Origin: Candidatus Aminicenantes bacterium
Lineage (GTDB): Bacteria > Acidobacteriota > Aminicenantia > Aminicenantales > JAFGBC01
NCBI GenBank assembly: GCA_963702005.1
Contig: OY969696.1
Location: 1,600,001-1,664,000, forward strand
Direction: 5' to 3'
Length of the DNA stretch: 64,000 bases
A program made the position numbers and the translations under genes. The notes beneath the pieces were generated by a model, which saw nothing but the letters and a program-made list of their open reading frames with translations, was not told where the DNA came from and ran no database searches. Numbering within the stretch: the stretch's first letter is position 1; each line of letters begins with the position of its first letter. This document shows, piece by piece, positions 61,053-64,000 of this stretch.

Positions 61053-62062
61053 TTAAAGCTTGGAGGCGACCAGGATTCCCAATCCCACCAGGTAGAACAA
61101 GAACATCGCGGCCAACAGCTTGTTCGTCCCGGCCGGAGCATCCTTGAATTCTTTCCAGATGAAGACGCCCCAGAGGGCGCCGACCATGGTGGCGCCCTGG
61201 CCCAATCCATAAGACAGGGCGGGACCGGCCGCGTTCTGGCGATGATGCTGAAGGACATCCCGAGGCTCCAGATGACTCCGCCCAGGATTCCGATCAGGTG
61301 CAAGCGGGGGTTGCCCTTGCTGAAGTAGTCGCGGAACGGCACCGGATCCCCCGAGAGCGGCTTGGCCATCATGATGCTGTTCCAGAGAAAGTTGGAGACC
61401 AGAACTCCGACCGAGAACAGGACGATCGCCGTATAGGGACTCAACTTCCCCGGCTCAAGAGCCCGGCTGGCCGGGTCGATCCTGCCCAAGGCGTTGGCGA
61501 CATAGCTGTAGAAGAATCCCATCAACACGCCGGCGACGACGGAAAGAACGATGCCCTTGAGCGGTGTCTTTTGGGCTTGGGCCGCTCGTTTCTTATAGGC
61601 CAAGGCGTCGAGGATGATGGCGACCAGGACGCCGGCGACGCCCAAGGCCAGCATCGGCACGTTGCCCTCGGGCTTCTTCAGATAGGTCGTGATGACACCC
61701 AGGGCCAGGGCCAGGCCGACGCCAACCGGGAAAGCCACGGCCAAGCCGGCGATATCGATGGCCGCCACCAGGAGGATATTCGACAGGTTGAAAATGACGC
61801 CGCCCAGGAAGGCGGAGCCCAGCCAGGCGCCGTCAGCCTGCCGCAGATCGGCCAGAAAGCCGCGTCCGGCCCCGCCCGTGCTGCCCAGGGTGAAGGCCAG
61901 GACGAGAGACAATAGCAACACGCCGATCGCGTAGTCCCAATAGAAGAGCTGGAACCGCCATTCCTTGCTGGCCAGCTTCTGGGTGTTCGCCCAAGATCCC
62001 CAGCAGAGCATGGTGATGACGCACATCGCAATCGCGACGGGATAGGAAGCGACGATGATCAT
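61053..62062 (-). CDS. GRP/ureide-permease-like DMT sugar transporter; apparent 1-nt deletion at ~61236-61239
   Basis: CWGSWANTQK and FQLFYWDY motifs. The true C-terminus AGPALSYGLGQGATMVGALWGVFIWKEF...VASKL* is in the adjacent frame. Confidence 0.85.
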
Positions 62063-62160
62063 GCCGTTCTCCTTTGCTTTCCCTGCCGGCCGAGCCCGAT
62101 CCGCCGGCCGCGCCGCGGGAATGTTATATCGCGAGCGTCGAGGCTGTCAAGGCGACGAGT

Positions 62161-64000
62161 TTATCTCCCCCGTCCGGCGTCGATCGCGGCGACGGACAGG
62201 GCCGGTATCGTTACGAGACCTCCGGCCGACCCGTCCCATTTCAATTTCGTCCGCGCAATCCGGTTGGGGCCGGCAAAGCTGTTAATGACGTCGATTTGTC
62301 CCCTGTCTTGGCCGTCGCAAACGACCTCTCCGCCCTTGACAGCGAAGGCGGGGTCGAAGCCGGAAAGATCCAGGTCGAGATCGACGGCTTCATTACGAAG
62401 ATTGACGACAAACAGGCAGAGCAAGGAGTGGTCCTCGGCCGCGCAGGCTGATAGATCGACCAGGACGGGGACATCGGCGGCCACCCGAAGCGGAATCGGG
62501 AGCGAATGCCTCCGATACAGGGCCATGACGTGGAAGCTGGGCGTCCGGTACAGCTCGGCCGCATTCGTCTGAATCGTTCCGCCGCAGAAGCTGTTGGTCA
62601 GGTTGGACCGGCAGGCAAGCGTCACGGCGTCCGAATGCCGATGGAGGACGTTCAGGAACTGGGCCTCGAATAGGGCGCAGCCGAGCGTGTTGAGCTTGCC
62701 CCGCCCCAACCCCCAGTTCCCGGCGTTGATGTTCCATTCCGTGACCCCGATCTTGATCCGGCCGGCTCCGCTCGAGGTCTCGATCCAGCCCTTAATCGTC
62801 GTCAGATCGGAGGCGACGCCGTCGAGGTCGGCCTGGTAGTAATGAGGGCAGACGATGTCCGCGTTCCCGCCGGCGCGATCGATCAGCTCGCGGGTCGGGA
62901 ACGAGGAAAGAACCACGGCGCCGGGGTCGGCCTTCTTGATGGCCCGGGCCACCGCCATGAATTCCCCGGGGTAGTCGGGGCGGTCGATTTCATTTCCGAC
63001 TTGCCAGTATTTAACGGCGTAGGGAAGGGGACGGCCCTGGGACGCTCGTTTCCGGCCCCAATCGGACTCCGGGGGACCGTTGAGATACTCGACCATCTGG
63101 GCCGCGCTCTCGGCTCCGTCGGCCAAGCTGACGCATATGAGGGGCTCGGCCTCGACGGCGCGGCAGAATTGGACGAACTCCTCGACGCCGACGTCATTCG
63201 AGTCCCGTCGTCCCCAGGGAGAGTTCAGGAACGGAGATCGCAAGTCCCGATCGCCGATCGCCGCCTTCCAGCGGTAATGACCGGGATCGACCGCCGATCC
63301 TCCCCAACGGATGATCGGTGGAGCGAGCTCCTTGGTCGTCTCCACGACGTCTTTCCGCCAGCCCTGGATGCTGTCCTCGGGCATCAAGGATAATTTGTCC
63401 AGCCAGAGATGCCCCTCTCCCTTGGCCTCAACCTCGAAGACGGCCCGGTCGGTCGTTCCCCGAGACAGGAATCGGCCTTCGAACTTCTTCCAGCCGGAAC
63501 CGGGGCGGGGAAGGTCGAGGACCGCCAGCGTCATCCAGGATTCATCGGGCGCCAGGACCCTAAGCGCAGTCTTTACCCCCAGGGAGGCGGAATCGCCGCG
63601 GTAGTACCCGCTCAGCCGATAGCCCATTCCCTTGCGGACCGCGATGCGGCTTTGCGTCAGCCGCGCCGGCCGTCCCGTCGAGGAGGACAGCCGAGCGGAT
63701 TGATCTCCGTTGAAGGGCCGTTCCCCGTCGTATGCCCAGTCGTCGCTCCGGTCCCAGTCCCGGTCGCAAAGGTTGAGCTCGCCCCGGAAATAGCACCACT
63801 TCGCGGTGGGAAGGATGCCTTCGAAACCGCGGTCTCCGAGCATTTCCGCCCACATCCCGGGCACGACATCGTCGAGAAGCTCGACGAAGCCTCCGTAGAG
63901 CATCGGGCTGATCCGTCCCGCATGGAGGGGCTCGGATCCGACTTGGATACGGACTCTGGCCGCCGCCTCCGACCGGACGGGCGCGATCCCCAATCCGATG
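62161..64000 (-). CDS. GH51 alpha-L-arabinofuranosidase-like protein (start beyond window)
   Basis: ISPMLYGGFVE, IIRWGG, GVEEFVQFC, YWQVGNE and VTEWN motifs. Confidence 0.85.
   Translation of the reverse strand, partial: IGLGIAPVRSEAAARVRIQVGSEPLHAGRISPMLYGGFVELLDDVVPGMWAEMLGDRGFEGILPTAKWCYFRGELNLCDRDWDRSDDWAYDGERPFNGDQSARLSSSTGRPARLTQSRIAVRKGMGYRLSGYYRGDSASLGVKTALRVLAPDESWMTLAVLDLPRPGSGWKKFEGRFLSRGTTDRAVFEVEAKGEGHLWLDKLSLMPEDSIQGWRKDVVETTKELAPPIIRWGGSAVDPGHYRWKAAIGDRDLRSPFLNSPWGRRDSNDVGVEEFVQFCRAVEAEPLICVSLADGAESAAQMVEYLNGPPESDWGRKRASQGRPLPYAVKYWQVGNEIDRPDYPGEFMAVARAIKKADPGAVVLSSFPTRELIDRAGGNADIVCPHYYQADLDGVASDLTTIKGWIETSSGAGRIKIGVTEWNINAGNWGLGRGKLNTLGCALFEAQFLNVLHRHSDAVTLACRSNLTNSFCGGTIQTNAAELYRTPSFHVMALYRRHSLPIPLRVAADVPVLVDLSACAAEDHSLLCLFVVNLRNEAVDLDLDLSGFDPAFAVKGGEVVCDGQDRGQIDVINSFAGPNRIARTKLKWDGSAGGLVTIPALSVAAIDAGRGR

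Noticed and set aside
59846-62062. 738-aa transporter-dipeptidase fusion in the ORF track
   Set aside because: Artefact of a 1-nt deletion near 61238. The transporter's real C-terminus and stop (61053) are in another frame, and the dipeptidase has its own start and signal peptide.

Overview
GC-rich chromosomal segment of a diderm bacterium. Gene content suggests Candidatus Aminicenantes or a related Acidobacteriota lineage, which is an inference only. Core genes include gyrB-gyrA, dnaG-rpoD-tRNA(CAT), lpxC, glmU, ino1 plus a CDP-alcohol phosphatidyltransferase, larB, cstA and an acyl-CoA ligase. There are also many secreted hydrolases, outer-membrane proteins, a TamB-Omp85 fusion and a carbohydrate-utilisation end. 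Five genes carry single-base deletions in G/C runs, most likely sequencing errors. The most unusual signals are: (1) a low-GC cassette (~59.1-59.76 kb) in which a leaderless HNH endonuclease ORF ends inside the tRNA-Leu(TAA) it carries, next to the orphan 3' half of a different tRNA-Leu; (2) two related, nested palindromic mini-elements bounded by TTGAC direct repeats whose right copy is the -35 box of the downstream promoter; (3) a radical SAM enzyme with a CX5CX2C motif, five tandem ~118-aa domains and a separately encoded SPASM-like partner; (4) a ~30-bp repeat family bracketing lpxC.
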